DNA from: Acidobacteriota bacterium
GTDB lineage: Bacteria; Acidobacteriota; UBA6911; JACQSX01
Length of the DNA stretch: 64,000 bases
Direction: 5' to 3'
NCBI GenBank assembly: GCA_036507075.1
Contig: DASXQR010000152.1
Span: forward strand, 32,001 to 96,000
The notes beneath the pieces were generated by a model. The model made no database searches and was not told where the DNA came from. It saw nothing but the letters and a program-made list of their open reading frames with translations. Made by a program: the position numbers and the translations under genes. How positions within the stretch are numbered: the first letter of the stretch is position 1; the number at the start of each line of letters is the position of its first letter. Shown one piece after another: positions 62,206 to 64,000 of the stretch.

Positions 62206-62342
62206 CGCCGGGAAAAGAAAATGTTGCGGACTTTGGCGCATAACCGCGGTTAGTGCCGCGCAGACTGCATTTCGATGACTCGAATCCGGTGCTTGAGGTG
62301 GTGGATCTGGCGCCGGACCTCGTGCAGCTTTGTGTGGTCGGG

Positions 62343-62573
62343 TAAATGGGGGACAGTCCCCTTTGGGTGGTAAATGGGGGACAGTCCCCTTTTTTCAGTC
62401 AATGGGGGACAGTCCCCTTTGGGTGGTAAATGGGGGACAGTCCCCTTTTTTCAGTCAAATGGGGACAGTCCCCTTTTTTCGGTCCCTTTTTTCGAGGGTC
62501 GATTTGAAACTCTGGTAAATGTAATACGGTTCTGTCCCCACATCCCCAATAGGTGTCTGTCCCCACATCCCCA
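62343..62573. repeat. Five GGGGACAGTCCCC palindromes plus two inverted CTGTCCCCACATCCCCA units
   Basis: Directly visible. Confidence 0.88.
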
Positions 62574-62582
62574 CGTCGATCC

Positions 62583-63010
62583 GCGTAGTCGACTCCACGG
62601 AAAACATCGGCGGGACGATATTGTTCGGCGGTAGTTTCGGACTGGCTGGAGCGGGAGCAAGCCAGGCGCTCTCAAATTTCATTGCACCGGTCGAGCAGAG
62701 CACCACCGGTAATGTGACGATCGGGGTGGCGCTGATGAACCTCGGCACGGCTGAAGTGACCGTCCGGCTGACACTGCGCGATGAATCGGGCACACCGCTG
62801 ACCAACGGCACCGTCGATGTGAAGCTGAAAGGCCTTGGCCACGACGCCAAATTCATCGCCCAGCATTTCCCGAATCTGGATCTGAAGGATTTTCGCGGCA
62901 CAATAACCGGAGAAGTGGTAGGCCAGGGCCAGATTGGCGCCACCGTGATAAGGCAGTCTGGCGCGCCCCTTGAGTTTGCGACCTTGCCGGTGGCAGAGAT
63001 TATTCCATAA
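62583..63010 (+). pseudogene. Orphan duplicate of the 3' end of 58142..60946
   Basis: Near-identical protein up to ...FATLPVAEIIP*, with many synonymous differences. Confidence 0.8.
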
Positions 63011-63118
63011 GAATAACTCACCACAGAGGCACAGCCCGGCAAAGCCGCAACCACACGCGTCATCATCATTGTGCCTTTTGCACGCGAAGCAACGTTTCCT
63101 TCCGGCTTTTGTTCCGCT

Positions 63119-63649
63119 TCATTTCTTTTCCGGTCCGATGACGTCTTCGACGGATCGCCGGAAGGAAGCAGGGCTGATAGATGGATAGCGGTATAGTTGC
63201 GGCTCGATTTGCGAAAAGAACCGCCATGTTTCATCCGGCTCGATTAAGCCGCGCCGGATCATCTCGCGCACGTCGGCCAGATCCTGATCGTGACTGCGTT
63301 CAATTTTTGCAAGAGCCTGGGAATACAGGTCGTAGTGATAAAAGGAAATCTTCCCTTCACGGGCGATGAAGACACTCCGGTCTTGCCATCCAGGAAGCTC
63401 CGGAATGAAGTCGGCGGGCCAGGCCAGCTCCACGTTGATTTGCAGCGTCTCCTTCAATTTGGGAATCGCTCGCAGCAACAAGTCATGTTCCGGGATAAAG
63501 CGTACGTCGACGTCGATAGTCGCCTGGCGCCATCCAAGCAGAACAGCAGTTGCACCTCCGGTCAGATAGAAACGGGTTTCCTGCTGCGTTTCAAGTGCGA
63601 TGGCACGCAGGAAACGCCAGATCCGGTCTGCATCCGCTATCTGGCGCAT
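63119..63649 (-). CDS. Nucleotidyltransferase-fold protein (DUF6036-like)
   Basis: LTGGATAVL...RQATIDVD and AKIERSHDQDLAD. Confidence 0.75.
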   Translation of the reverse strand: MRQIADADRIWRFLRAIALETQQETRFYLTGGATAVLLGWRQATIDVDVRFIPEHDLLLRAIPKLKETLQINVELAWPADFIPELPGWQDRSVFIAREGKISFYHYDLYSQALAKIERSHDQDLADVREMIRRGLIEPDETWRFFSQIEPQLYRYPSISPASFRRSVEDVIGPEKK

Positions 63650-63912
63650 TCCGCTGCACGTTCGAAGCTTACCAGGCGGCGAATCAGGGCATTGTAACGG
63701 GAGTGTGCGCCATCGGGATCGGATTCGGCAAGCTTGCGATACAGCCGTTGCTCCGGCAAGGAAATGGTCGAATTCGGCAGCGAGAAACCGAGCCTTCTAA
63801 GCCTGGGCGCGCCGATAGAGACGAGCAGCGCAGGAATGGTTTCAACGCCCCTGTACAGGTCCTCGATGCCAGCCTGCACCAGTTCATTCCCCGGAAGCTG
63901 GTCTGTCCGCAT
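63637..63912 (-). CDS. Small partner protein of the nucleotidyltransferase
   Basis: 91-aa ORF overlapping the start of the downstream gene. Confidence 0.65.
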   Translation of the reverse strand: MRTDQLPGNELVQAGIEDLYRGVETIPALLVSIGAPRLRRLGFSLPNSTISLPEQRLYRKLAESDPDGAHSRYNALIRRLVSFERAAECAR

Positions 63913-64000
63913 TCGCTTTATGTTAACACGGCCGGCTAAATCGATCTGCAGCCATCAGTGCCCGCGCTTCAGCCCCAGACGGACCGCCAGGCGCGCCGCG

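Noticed and set aside
62343..62480. CRISPR array
   Set aside because: The linkers are only about 8-10 nt and are themselves repeated; no cas genes in the window.
60519..63010. DGR template/variable repeat pair
   Set aside because: Differences are mostly synonymous and not adenine-specific; no reverse transcriptase is present.

Overview
GC-rich bacterial chromosome segment, probably Acidobacteriota (inferred from an Oar-type TonB receptor ending RIIQFALKYRF, a wHTH-TPR regulator and SBBP-repeat surface proteins). Core content: hisZGDCBHA, class A PBP, RlmD-like methylase, polX, a sigma-54 activator, an ECF sigma/anti-sigma pair leading into a type II secretion cluster (gspE-F-G-G-H-I-J-K-L-M-C-D), guaB and secA. 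Both ends are accessory: repeat-rich secreted proteins, decayed duplicate gene fragments and two TA-like modules. The most unusual feature is in the intergenic DNA. Most intergenic gaps hold members of a few short inverted-repeat or microsatellite families, often nested in a fixed order. One copy still encloses a truncated GxxExxY nuclease gene. Several copies sit in frame inside coding sequences, mainly in pseudopilin leaders, a signal peptide and loops of a surface protein. A single in-frame TGA splits a ~1760-codon surface-protein ORF. No rRNA, tRNA, CRISPR array or intact transposase was recognised.
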